Virus record (IMG/VR): IMGVR_UViG_3300037467_002055
Coordinates: 1-64,000 of that record
Length of the DNA stretch: 64,000 nucleotides
Reading direction: 5' to 3' (one strand)
From: a virus
Lineage: Duplodnaviria > Caudoviricetes
The position numbers and the translations under genes are program-made. Every line of letters begins with the position of its first letter. Within the stretch, counting starts at the first letter, position 1. Positions 1 through 8,208 of this stretch are shown piece after piece. The notes beneath the pieces were generated by a model that made no database searches, was not told the origin of the DNA, and worked only from the letters and a program-made list of their open reading frames with translations.

Positions 1-11
1 CGTTTTACTAC

Positions 12-368
12 ATGGAGCCCACCATGACACCCACCGAAGTTCGCCGCCTGCTGCTCGAAGGCGCCCGCGTCGCCATCCAGGCCGGCAGCCCGTCCTACAT
101 CTGCCCAACATTGGTCCTCGCGTTCAACCGCACCCGCCCACACCCGGTCGGCGAGCACAACACGCTGCACTATCTGCGATCGGAAATCCGCGGCACCCTC
201 TACCCGTTCGGCGACCTCGACAGCTGGCTGCGCAACCAGCTCGGGCTGGGCCACCTGCGCTGGGCCGACTTGCCCAAGCCTTACGACCAACTTGCCAACA
301 GCCGATCGCCGCTGGGCAAGCAGATCCGCCTCGCGTGGATCGACCGCATGCTGGAGGACCTGCAGTGA
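12..368 (+). CDS. hypothetical early protein (YIC...RLAWxDR family, paralog of 1057..1368)
   Basis: 118-aa ORF; stop overlaps next GTG start; shares motifs with 1057..1368. Confidence 0.75.
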   Translation: MEPTMTPTEVRRLLLEGARVAIQAGSPSYICPTLVLAFNRTRPHPVGEHNTLHYLRSEIRGTLYPFGDLDSWLRNQLGLGHLRWADLPKPYDQLANSRSPLGKQIRLAWIDRMLEDLQ

Positions 369-553
369 GCACATGGCATCAGGACCAGAACCCGCGCCCG
401 CTTTGGCACGTTACGAAGTGGACTGTCGTGGATGACGTCTACGGCCGCTCCACCTGCGTGACGCGCTGGAACACTCAAGCCGAAGCCGACCATTACGCCA
501 AGGTCGCCGGCGGCTATGTGCTGGCGCCGGCGCCGGGAGGGTCGACGACATGA
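365..553 (+). CDS. hypothetical early protein
   Basis: GTG start overlaps upstream TGA; stop overlaps next ATG. Confidence 0.6.
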   Translation: MSTWHQDQNPRPLWHVTKWTVVDDVYGRSTCVTRWNTQAEADHYAKVAGGYVLAPAPGGSTT

Positions 554-816
554 CCATCCGCACCCTCCAGACCACCTACTACGGGCCCGGCCGCAAGAAG
601 CCGGTCGTGCGCGTCACCCACGGCAGCAACCGCCACGAGGCCCTGCCGAACATCATGCGCCGCATGACGCAAAACCTCGATGGCGCCACGGTGGCGGAAG
701 TCGTCGACACCGATTACGGCGAGCTGCTGCTCGTCGTCACCATGTTCCCGGGCGAGTCGATCCGCGTCGCCTTCAAGAAAGCCACCCACCCAGTCCTCGT
801 CACGATGGAGATTTGA
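550..816 (+). CDS. hypothetical early protein
   Basis: 88-aa ORF, GGAGG upstream, ATGA overlap, GC3-biased codons. Confidence 0.75.
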   Translation: MTIRTLQTTYYGPGRKKPVVRVTHGSNRHEALPNIMRRMTQNLDGATVAEVVDTDYGELLLVVTMFPGESIRVAFKKATHPVLVTMEI

Positions 817-817
817 T

Positions 818-1060
818 ATGACCACCCGCACCCTTGCCGAAATCGCCCGCGAGATCCGCCAGACTTGGCCCAAGCCCTTTTATGGCGCCATCCCGTACAT
901 CAATGCCATGGCCATGATCAACGGCGACGCCGATGCCAAATACGGCGCCGAGACCGGTCGCGACATCATCATCTACGCCCTGTCCAACATGACCACGTGG
1001 CGCGGCGAGGACGCGCGCCGCATCAAGGCCGAGCTCAAGAAAATGGCGGGGCTCAAATGA
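818..1060 (+). CDS. conserved phage hypothetical protein
   Basis: Motifs LAEIAREI..W.KP..GA.PY..AM and WRGEDARRIKAELK recall a small conserved phage family. Confidence 0.75.
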   Translation: MTTRTLAEIAREIRQTWPKPFYGAIPYINAMAMINGDADAKYGAETGRDIIIYALSNMTTWRGEDARRIKAELKKMAGLK

Positions 1061-1368
1061 AACTCACCCGCGACCACCTCCCGCTGCTGCGCCGCGCCCG
1101 CGACCTGATCGAGAGCGAAGAATTCATCTATATCTGCAACGCTGCCCATCAGGCCGGCCGTGACATCGGTGCGCCGTTCGAGCTGGACGACGACATCGTC
1201 AAGGTGATTGAGGACGGCCTGCGCGGCGTTTACTACCCATCCACCATGAACCTTGAGGTCTGGCTGGCGGCCCAGCTGAACATCAACTACAGGCGCCTCA
1301 GAGAAACCACCACACGACTTGCCCGGCTCGCGTGGCTCGATCGCCTCATCTACGACCTGGAGAACTGA
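1057..1368 (+). CDS. hypothetical early protein (paralog of 12..368)
   Basis: ATGA overlap; IYIC, WLAAQL, RLAWLDR motifs. Confidence 0.75.
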   Translation: MKLTRDHLPLLRRARDLIESEEFIYICNAAHQAGRDIGAPFELDDDIVKVIEDGLRGVYYPSTMNLEVWLAAQLNINYRRLRETTTRLARLAWLDRLIYDLEN

Positions 1369-1369
1369 C

Positions 1370-1567
1370 ATGCGACCCTTCAACTTCTCGCGCCGGCCGC
1401 CGTTCCCGCTGCTGCTCCTGCTGGCGTCCCTGCCGCTGGTGCGCGCCAGCGTCCATTACGACGAGATGCGCGGCGACTATCTCGAAAGCGCGCGCAGCCC
1501 GGGCCTCTACTTGCAGGCCTTAGACCTTGCCCAGATGGGCGGTGAGCCCTACGCCGACTGGAATTGA
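1370..1567 (+). CDS. hypothetical protein with hydrophobic N-terminus
   Basis: GGAG upstream; PLLLLLASLPLV segment. Confidence 0.55.
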   Translation: MRPFNFSRRPPFPLLLLLASLPLVRASVHYDEMRGDYLESARSPGLYLQALDLAQMGGEPYADWN

Positions 1568-1586
1568 CATGCACACTGGAGAACCC

Positions 1587-1796
1587 ATGAACAAACCCTA
1601 CGCCGTCATCACCTACGCCGGCCAGCCGATCCCGATGAACGAATTCCGCTACCGCCAGGCCGTCGCCGACGGCGCCGCGTGCGGCTGCGGCGAATGCTTC
1701 GACTGCACCGCCGCCGACTACAACGCCATGGAGGGCGACGCCGGCCGCGAGCGCGACGCCTACAACTTTATCCACGACCGCAAGGAGATCGCATGA
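1587..1796 (+). CDS. hypothetical protein with CGCxxCxxC motif
   Basis: GGAGAACCC-ATG start; Cys cluster. Confidence 0.7.
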   Translation: MNKPYAVITYAGQPIPMNEFRYRQAVADGAACGCGECFDCTAADYNAMEGDAGRERDAYNFIHDRKEIA

Positions 1797-2164
1797 GCAC
1801 TTACGAAAATGGGCCCGGCAATGTGCCGCGCCTGCCCGACCGCGTGGTCGATACCCTGATCGACAGCGCTGGCGTCTCGCGTTGCGCACCCGGCCTCACC
1901 GACAGCACCGTGCGCGACCAGACTGCCAACGTCGAACAGCTCGTGCACGACTCCTGCGAGGAGCTGCTGGCACGCCTGCCGGCCAGCGACACCCGCGACG
2001 CCGCCCGCTACCGCGGCTTGCGCGACGCACTGCTGCGGCACGACACAGGCTTCTTCGAACGGCTGGAGGCAGCCTGCCCGGCGCTGGTGATCGACAACCA
2101 GCTGACGCCCACCGCCAGCGAGTGGGACGCCGCCCTTGACCAGGTGCTGGGGCTGAAGCCATGA
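1793..2164 (+). CDS. hypothetical early protein
   Basis: AAGGAG RBS, ATGA overlaps at both ends. Confidence 0.7.
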   Translation: MSTYENGPGNVPRLPDRVVDTLIDSAGVSRCAPGLTDSTVRDQTANVEQLVHDSCEELLARLPASDTRDAARYRGLRDALLRHDTGFFERLEAACPALVIDNQLTPTASEWDAALDQVLGLKP

Positions 2165-2382
2165 CCTTCCTCACTCTCACCGCACTCAACGGCCCGCGCC
2201 GGACCTACACCATCGAGGTGCGCGCCGCCAGCATCGAAACCATGCACGTCTGCGAAACGCCCGGATACGGCGATGACGTGCACAGCTACACCGTGCTGCA
2301 ACTTGCCAGTGGCAGGGTCAATGTGACCGAGTCGCCCGAGCAAATTCTTGAACTGATCGAAAAGGAGAACACCCATGGGTGA
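2161..2382 (+). CDS. hypothetical early protein
   Basis: 73-aa ORF in overlapping chain; V.ES.EQI..LI C-terminus. Confidence 0.7.
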   Translation: MTFLTLTALNGPRRTYTIEVRAASIETMHVCETPGYGDDVHSYTVLQLASGRVNVTESPEQILELIEKENTHG

Positions 2383-2821
2383 CCGTACCAATGTCAGCCT
2401 GATCGTGCTGACCGAGCAGGAAGATCTTGCCCGAGAACTGGGCGCCGATGACGCTTGCAGCGAATATCAGGACGTCGACCTGGGCGTGACCATATTCGAG
2501 TTCGAGGAGGTCAATTACGCAACCCTCGATTTCGAGGACGACCTGACCGATGCCGGCATCGCGTGGACCAAAGAGTGGGGAGCTGGTGGACTGGATGACG
2601 TGGCCGGCGTTGCGCATGTGCGCTTTACCGAGGCCGGCGATCTGCAATGCATCGAGGTGTACGACGGCGGCGAGAATCCGCCCATCGCCGATCTGCTCGC
2701 GCTGTGCAGCCAGCCTGACAAGTTGGTCCAGTTCATTCGCACCTACTACAAGGACCACACGCCGCTACCGTGGGATCACCAGGCCGGGTATGGCCGGCGG
2801 TATATGGAGAACCAAAAATGA
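2375..2821 (+). CDS. conserved phage hypothetical protein
   Basis: 148 aa, AAGGAG RBS, MGDRT start, acidic. Confidence 0.75.
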   Translation: MGDRTNVSLIVLTEQEDLARELGADDACSEYQDVDLGVTIFEFEEVNYATLDFEDDLTDAGIAWTKEWGAGGLDDVAGVAHVRFTEAGDLQCIEVYDGGENPPIADLLALCSQPDKLVQFIRTYYKDHTPLPWDHQAGYGRRYMENQK

Positions 2822-3000
2822 CCACCGAAACCCTGCCCACCTACGAAGAATCCGAGGCTGCCTGCGACGCCGGCACCGCCACGCCGCTGCACCAGTTCAT
2901 CTACGACAACGAGCCGAGCGACTATGATCGCGTCTGGCGCACCCAGCTGGCCGCCGCCCTCAACCACGCCGTGCTGGCCGGCGTCACCTATCGGACCTGA
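2818..3000 (+). CDS. hypothetical early protein
   Basis: GGAG RBS, ATGA overlap. Confidence 0.7.
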   Translation: MTTETLPTYEESEAACDAGTATPLHQFIYDNEPSDYDRVWRTQLAAALNHAVLAGVTYRT

Positions 3001-3002
3001 CC

Positions 3003-3320
3003 ATGAGCCTTACCTTCGACGAGGCGCTCGAGCGCCTGAACGACGGGCGATTTATCCACGGCGGCGACGTGCTGGCCCGCGCACTGGCGCGCAAGGTCTG
3101 GGTCGCCGAGTGGCATCTGCCCGGCTGCCTGTCCGAATCGCGTACCTACTGCCTGACGAAAGCCGACGCCTTGCAGGCCGCGCTCGACTTCGCCGGCGAC
3201 GAGGCGCCGCGCGGTATGAAGACCTGCTTGCGTCGGCACGGCGCCTATCAGCACAAGACCGAGCTGTACGGCACCGTCGTCACGACGATCGAGCAACTCC
3301 ACCTCAAGGAGATTATCTAG
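3003..3320 (+). CDS. hypothetical early protein
   Basis: 105-aa ORF, 2 nt after upstream stop. Confidence 0.7.
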   Translation: MSLTFDEALERLNDGRFIHGGDVLARALARKVWVAEWHLPGCLSESRTYCLTKADALQAALDFAGDEAPRGMKTCLRRHGAYQHKTELYGTVVTTIEQLHLKEII

Positions 3321-3322
3321 CC

Positions 3323-3694
3323 ATGCACGACATCTACCCTTTCACGCTGCCGGTCGAAATCAGCGAGCGGCTCTGGAGCCGCTTCTGGCTCGAGAATCCG
3401 GACCGCCGCGTCTCGTGGTATCGGGTGCACGCCGTGGTGAAAAGCCCGATCCACATCGAGTTTGCTGTGTACGGCTCCAGCTACGGCGATCTGCGGGCCG
3501 AGATCAGCCACAGCTACAGCGACACCATACTGTACCCGTTCATCGCCGCCGAGCAGCGCCGCGTCGCCGAGCGGGTGCTGGCCGAGCGCGAACGACTTGC
3601 CGCGGCGCTGGAACTGGAACGCAAACTGGCGGCCGTGCACCAGGAACTGTTCGGCGAACCTCTTCAACCCACCAACGAGGAGACCAACCCATGA
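3323..3694 (+). CDS. hypothetical early protein
   Basis: AAGGAG RBS; coiled-coil-like C-terminus. Confidence 0.7.
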   Translation: MHDIYPFTLPVEISERLWSRFWLENPDRRVSWYRVHAVVKSPIHIEFAVYGSSYGDLRAEISHSYSDTILYPFIAAEQRRVAERVLAERERLAAALELERKLAAVHQELFGEPLQPTNEETNP

Positions 3695-3813
3695 TGAACC
3701 TCATTTTCCACCTCGTCGCCGCTGGCGCCGTCTTCCTGCTCGGCGCGGTGGTCGGCGCCGTCATCACCGCCGACGATCCGCTCGACTGCGAGGAGCTGGA
3801 GGCGCACCGATGA
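3691..3813 (+). CDS. small membrane protein
   Basis: GAGGAG RBS; one hydrophobic helix followed by acidic tail. Confidence 0.6.
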   Translation: MMNLIFHLVAAGAVFLLGAVVGAVITADDPLDCEELEAHR

Positions 3814-4271
3814 AACCTCTCGAAAAGCAGAGCGTCGACCGAACACTGCTCGGCATCGTGCCCAGCCTGAACAGCCTGTTCGAGGCGTACGCCTACTGCA
3901 GGCAAGTGCAACTTGGGAAGCATAGCGGCACGCACACTATCCACCCGCCCGGCTACTTCTTCCTATCGTCGGAGACCGAGTCGATCAAGACCTGGGGCGA
4001 CGACCAGTTGGCCAGCATGTTCAACCAGAGCCTATATGTCAAACCACATCCCGGCGTGCGCCGGATAGTGGAAAGGTACTGCACGTCGCGCATCAACGGC
4101 GCGTCCGACGACTACATCGGATCCTTCAAGATCATCGCCTGGGAGCCGTACGGCCATGCGCTGGTCGTCGCCAGCGATTCCAACATGATCGCCAATCCTT
4201 GGGTCGCCTTCGTCTCGCTGGCCAGCCTACCCACCATCAACCTCACCACTACGGAAATCTATACGCCATGA
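3810..4271 (+). CDS. hypothetical early protein
   Basis: GGAGG RBS, ATGA overlaps. Confidence 0.7.
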   Translation: MKPLEKQSVDRTLLGIVPSLNSLFEAYAYCRQVQLGKHSGTHTIHPPGYFFLSSETESIKTWGDDQLASMFNQSLYVKPHPGVRRIVERYCTSRINGASDDYIGSFKIIAWEPYGHALVVASDSNMIANPWVAFVSLASLPTINLTTTEIYTP

Positions 4272-4594
4272 ACCTTTACTGGGCCTATCAGCGCAGTGCC
4301 TTCCACCCGCTCGGCCGCCACGCCAGCTGGGACGATGCCGCGAATTACGCCGATGGCGCGCGGCCCGGCTGGCACACCATCGTCGACGCCGGCGAGCTGA
4401 TCGACCTGTACACACAGGTCGGCACCCAACTTGGCCAGCGCGTGCCGGCGCAGATGCTGTACGTCCGGGTCGATGCCTACCTGACCGCGCTCGACCGGCT
4501 GGTCGAAGCGACCGACAGCGCGCGCCGCGCCGTGACGTCGGCCCGCGCGCAGCTGGACTCGTTCATCCGCCAGTACGCGAAAGGGCCGACGTGA
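4268..4594 (+). CDS. hypothetical early protein
   Basis: ATGA overlap; GC3-biased codons. Confidence 0.7.
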   Translation: MNLYWAYQRSAFHPLGRHASWDDAANYADGARPGWHTIVDAGELIDLYTQVGTQLGQRVPAQMLYVRVDAYLTALDRLVEATDSARRAVTSARAQLDSFIRQYAKGPT

Positions 4595-4764
4595 AGATCC
4601 TCACCCTCGACGAGAAGATCACCCTCAAAGGCGAGCTGGTGCGCATCGGCACGCCCGCATACCTACTGGTGAGGCTCTCCGCGACGCTGGCTGCGTACCT
4701 GTACTGGCGCGGCTTCGGCCGGCCGGTATCCACCTTCGCATCACCTAAGAAACGGAGAACTTGA
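4591..4764 (+). CDS. hypothetical protein (not in ORF track)
   Basis: GTG at 4591 overlaps upstream TGA; 57 codons to TGA at 4762-4764. Confidence 0.55.
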   Translation: MKILTLDEKITLKGELVRIGTPAYLLVRLSATLAAYLYWRGFGRPVSTFASPKKRRT

Positions 4765-4789
4765 CGGCAGTCAATAGCTGACCTACGAT
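4761..4789 (+). promoter_or_regulatory. sigma70-like promoter of the HNH cassette
   Basis: TTGACG-17 nt-TACGAT. Confidence 0.7.
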
Positions 4790-4934
4790 GTGTGGATCGG
4801 GCTGATAATCCGATCCCATACAACGAGTGCACGATTCAGTTTCCTCATAGCGTAGGCCAAGCAGATGCTTGGCGCTCGTTGCGGGCGTCTGCCTGCTGGA
4901 CTTATCACCCAGCCCTACGCTATGAGGAAACTGA
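4790..4934 (+). ncRNA. candidate structured cis-regulatory RNA leader
   Basis: Perfect 21-bp inverted repeat 4836-4856/4914-4934 covering RBS and the A of ATG, plus several internal stems and complementary loops (see findings). Confidence 0.7.
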
Positions 4935-5587
4935 TGTCAAAAATCATACCTATGCTTGGCCGAACCTTCGGTACCTGGACGGTAACGGCTGGCCCATTTT
5001 CGTCTGAATTGCCGAGCAAGAAGCGAGATGCTTATTGGGAAGTTACCTGCTCCTGCGGAACTATCCGCCGGCTTGACGGTAGCTCGCTTCGAGCAGGGAA
5101 GACCATTAGCTGCGGGTGCCCCTACAAAACCGCCAATAGCCTGTCACGAACCCGGTCTTATGAGGCCTGGAACAACATGCATGCCCGAACCTCAAACCCT
5201 GATCACGAGTTCTACCACTGTTATGGCGCTATCGGGATCCGAGTGTGTGAGCGCTGGCATCTGTTCAAGAATTTTTACACTGATATGGGTGATAGGCCAG
5301 ATGGCATGACCCTTGAACGAAAGGACCCTGAAGGCCACTACGAGCCTAACAACTGCGAGTGGGCTGATCGGATTGCGCAAGGCAACAACAAGCGGAATCA
5401 GGCGAAGTGGTTAATTGACGGTACCGCGATGACAGCCCGGCAGGTGCAACGACACTGGAAGATATCGCCTCGTACATCTGTGCGAATTCTTAAGTCAATG
5501 CCACTGCATTCCGGGCAGATCCCCAAGTGGCATGACCACTACCGAAAGGACTTTTATGTACAAATTTCTGATAGACCTGAAGCATGA
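4934..5587 (+). CDS. free-standing HNH homing endonuclease
   Basis: FG.WTV..CSCG..SCGC N-terminus; YEAWNNM, YG..GIRVCERW, LERKD..G.YEPNNC.WA; lower GC than flanks; GAGG RBS before 4934. Confidence 0.85.
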   Translation: MSKIIPMLGRTFGTWTVTAGPFSSELPSKKRDAYWEVTCSCGTIRRLDGSSLRAGKTISCGCPYKTANSLSRTRSYEAWNNMHARTSNPDHEFYHCYGAIGIRVCERWHLFKNFYTDMGDRPDGMTLERKDPEGHYEPNNCEWADRIAQGNNKRNQAKWLIDGTAMTARQVQRHWKISPRTSVRILKSMPLHSGQIPKWHDHYRKDFYVQISDRPEA

Positions 5588-5948
5588 TGCAGGGGCAACC
5601 CTGATCACTACGAGTGCTGCCAGCGTGGCGGCTGCGCGCGACATGGTTATGAAGGCCGAGGGCTGTCCATCAAGAGCTTTGCGTCGAATCCGCGCTGTCG
5701 ACGAGCACGGCTTCGAGATGCTGCCTGAGAACCCTACGCAGCGTCGCATTCTCAAGCCGCCGGCGGCCAACATCCGTGAAACCGACATCCCCGGTTATCG
5801 CGTTTCGGCCAGCAAGCTTCCGACCCGCTACGAGGTGCTGATCGACAAGCGCTGGCGCCGCGTGTTCACGACGCGGCACACCGGCCTGCAGTACGTGATA
5901 CATGACGGGCTGAATGTTCAGGTGGATCTGCCGAAGGACTTGGTATGA
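5556..5948 (+). CDS. hypothetical early protein
   Basis: AAGGA RBS; overlaps the HNH 3' end. Confidence 0.65.
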   Translation: MYKFLIDLKHDAGATLITTSAASVAAARDMVMKAEGCPSRALRRIRAVDEHGFEMLPENPTQRRILKPPAANIRETDIPGYRVSASKLPTRYEVLIDKRWRRVFTTRHTGLQYVIHDGLNVQVDLPKDLV

Positions 5949-6220
5949 AGACCGATCCCAGTCTGGCCAGCACATGGATCTACCTGCTGCGCAGCCGGAG
6001 CGGCATGTGGGTCGACGAGTTTGGCTACAGTTGCGGCGCAGGGACCTGGATGCGGGCCAAACATTTCTCGAATATCGGCGACGCTCGGCGCGCGATCGAG
6101 GATCCCAGCTGGCACAACGACCCGGCCGGCGTCGCTCGTTGCAAGCCGGTGAAGCTGCGCATCCACATCGAAATCGAACTACCAAAGGAGAAATCAAATG
6201 CTCAACAGGAGCAAGGTTGA
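5945..6220 (+). CDS. hypothetical early protein
   Basis: AAGGA RBS, ATGA overlap. Confidence 0.65.
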   Translation: MKTDPSLASTWIYLLRSRSGMWVDEFGYSCGAGTWMRAKHFSNIGDARRAIEDPSWHNDPAGVARCKPVKLRIHIEIELPKEKSNAQQEQG

Positions 6221-6431
6221 ATTGCTCGGCCGCGCCGCGGCCGATGTCGCCAAGTCCGCCACCGAGGTGCTGGGCCTGCACAACGAATTGCGCTACGCCG
6301 AGCAGCAGGTCGAGCTGGACGAATGGCACCCGGCTGCCGCACACCTTGCCAAGGCCAACCTCGAGGTTGCCGAGGGCATGCTGCGCGGCCTGGTCGAGGT
6401 GCTCAAGCTGCAGATCGGGGCGCTGGAATGA
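6198..6431 (+). CDS. hypothetical helical protein
   Basis: AAGGAG RBS. Confidence 0.7.
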   Translation: MLNRSKVELLGRAAADVAKSATEVLGLHNELRYAEQQVELDEWHPAAAHLAKANLEVAEGMLRGLVEVLKLQIGALE

Positions 6432-6607
6432 CCCGACTCGCCCACGCTACCGCCGGCGCGCCCGGTCTCGACGCCGAGAAGCGCGAGCTGGCCGACATCG
6501 CCCAGCATGAAATCGCCGAGGCGCGCCGCATCCAGACCCAGACCGGCTGCAGCTGGACCGAGGCGCTGCGCCTGGCCTACCAACACATTCGAAAGGAAAG
6601 CGCATGA
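6428..6607 (+). CDS. hypothetical early protein
   Basis: ATGA overlaps at both ends. Confidence 0.65.
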   Translation: MTRLAHATAGAPGLDAEKRELADIAQHEIAEARRIQTQTGCSWTEALRLAYQHIRKESA

Positions 6608-6807
6608 GTATCACCGAAAAGACCGTGTTCATCACTAGCACCAGCGAACAGTTTGACCGCGCCGAGGCTGAGTTCGAGGAGAAGGCGTACCGCCTTGGCG
6701 AGGCCATCTCGGATCAGGTCGGCTGCGTCTATGGTGCGGACGCCCGCGCTGTCGCGCGCTGGATCCTCGAACACTATGATCTGCAACCGCGGCCGGAGAC
6801 GCCATGA
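6604..6807 (+). CDS. hypothetical protein, tandem paralog 1
   Basis: AAGGA RBS; similar to 6804..7022. Confidence 0.75.
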   Translation: MSITEKTVFITSTSEQFDRAEAEFEEKAYRLGEAISDQVGCVYGADARAVARWILEHYDLQPRPETP

Positions 6808-7022
6808 ACATCAGCCAAAAAACGATCTACGTCACCGAGGACGGCATCGAGCACCCGACACTGGGAGCAGCGCAGCAGCATGTCGCAGCATACGCCGTTA
6901 TAGCCGCGCTGCATCGAGATCTCGCCGGCATCTGCGACCTCCTGCAGCATGAGGACGTCGGGATCATCGCCCGCTGGATCCTCGAACGCTACGAACTGCG
7001 GCCGGATCGGGAGGTGCCATGA
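6804..7022 (+). CDS. hypothetical protein, tandem paralog 2
   Basis: GGAG RBS; similar to 6604..6807. Confidence 0.75.
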   Translation: MNISQKTIYVTEDGIEHPTLGAAQQHVAAYAVIAALHRDLAGICDLLQHEDVGIIARWILERYELRPDREVP

Positions 7023-7264
7023 AAGCCGGCCACATTATCACCGACGCCATGCTGGCCGCCGCGGCGCAGATCGATGATCTCGACGAGGCGCTGCGCAGCG
7101 TGATGGACCAGGTTGGCATCACCAGCGGCGACGTGGCCGGCGTGGTCTTTTCCGGCAGCCGTGACGCGGAGTGGTGGGCCGTGGTCAGCAGCGAGGACCG
7201 CCTGCGCCAGCTAGGCCACTGGCGCGACGTCGAGCAGGGCTGGGGCGACGAGGAGGCATCGTGA
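7019..7264 (+). CDS. hypothetical early protein
   Basis: GGAGGT RBS, ATGA overlap. Confidence 0.7.
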   Translation: MKAGHIITDAMLAAAAQIDDLDEALRSVMDQVGITSGDVAGVVFSGSRDAEWWAVVSSEDRLRQLGHWRDVEQGWGDEEAS

Positions 7265-7461
7265 CCATCACCATGGGCCAGGCCCGCGAGCTGAAGAAAC
7301 GCATCATGCGCCTCGTAGACGCCGAGGTTGCCCACAGCTGGAAGGGCAGCGACCGAGCGGAGGCCCACACCGATTACGACGAGGAGCTGCGCGTCGCGCG
7401 CAAGCGGCTGAACGAGCACATCCAGATGCTGAAGCTGCCGGACGGGAGGGTGCGCCCGTGA
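7261..7461 (+). CDS. hypothetical early protein
   Basis: GAGGAGG RBS, GTGA overlap. Confidence 0.65.
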   Translation: MTITMGQARELKKRIMRLVDAEVAHSWKGSDRAEAHTDYDEELRVARKRLNEHIQMLKLPDGRVRP

Positions 7462-7721
7462 GCCCGACCTGGCTCCAGCGATCGGTGCGCATGGTCGAGC
7501 TGATCGACGCACTTGACGCGCCGCTGGAGATTCGTCGCGCGGCCATGGACGCACTGCAGCACTTCGTCTGGGCTCAAGATTGCCGCCGGCAGTGCTACGC
7601 CGGCGGCGGTGCGCGCTGGCGCAGCAAGGCCAATACCGCCCATGGCAAGGGCATCCGCGCGTATCGCCGGGCAGAAGCCTGGGTGATGGCGCGGCCAACA
7701 CCAACCACGGAGAACCCATGA
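7458..7721 (+). CDS. hypothetical early protein
   Basis: GGAGG RBS, GTGA overlap. Confidence 0.65.
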   Translation: MSPTWLQRSVRMVELIDALDAPLEIRRAAMDALQHFVWAQDCRRQCYAGGGARWRSKANTAHGKGIRAYRRAEAWVMARPTPTTENP

Positions 7722-7936
7722 CCACAAAGCCCGGGCGAGAACTTGCCCACCTCACCTACATCAAGCTGATCGACAACAACATCGGCTGCCGGCCCGACGG
7801 CTGGCAGGAGAACCTCTACCTGATCGCCACGGCAGCTGACCGCGCGCTGGCGGCTGGCGAGATCACGGAAGCCGGCCAGGTCGAGATCCGCCACGCGCTG
7901 GCGCATGCAACCAACGTACTGGAGAACCAGACATGA
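7718..7936 (+). CDS. hypothetical early protein
   Basis: GGAGAACCC-ATG start. Confidence 0.7.
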   Translation: MTTKPGRELAHLTYIKLIDNNIGCRPDGWQENLYLIATAADRALAAGEITEAGQVEIRHALAHATNVLENQT

Positions 7937-8208
7937 TCCCACGTCCCATCACACCCGAGCAGTACGAGCGCGTGCGCGCCATGGTCGAGACGTATCGGCG
8001 CCAGACGCGGCCACGCCGCCACGACCTGTACGACGTCCTGTGCCTGGTGCTGCACCGCGAGCAGAGCCAGATTGCATGGCGCGCGCTGCCGGTCGGCGTG
8101 CCGTGGCGAACTGTGCACGAGTACTACAGAAATTGGACCATGCCGCGCACTACCGGCGAGTTGCCACTGCTCGACCGTATCAAATTCACCCTGCAGGAGG
8201 AGTCGTGA
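7933..8208 (+). CDS. stand-alone IS5/IS4-family transposase N-terminal-like domain protein
   Basis: ITPEQYERVR..RPRRHDLYDVLC.VL...WRALP...WRTVHEYY..W resembles the DUF4096-type transposase N-terminus; no DDE domain. Confidence 0.65.
   Translation: MIPRPITPEQYERVRAMVETYRRQTRPRRHDLYDVLCLVLHREQSQIAWRALPVGVPWRTVHEYYRNWTMPRTTGELPLLDRIKFTLQEES

Noticed and set aside
4865-4933. Longer HNH start at 4865 given by the ORF track
   Set aside because: No RBS; the extension runs through the structured leader; family similarity begins after 4934
4836-4934. Cloverleaf-like fold as a tRNA or hammerhead ribozyme
   Set aside because: No T-loop or D-loop consensus or CCA, closing stem far too long, and no correctly placed CUGAUGA/GAAA core
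7933-8208. Intact IS element
   Set aside because: No catalytic domain, terminal inverted repeats or target duplication seen
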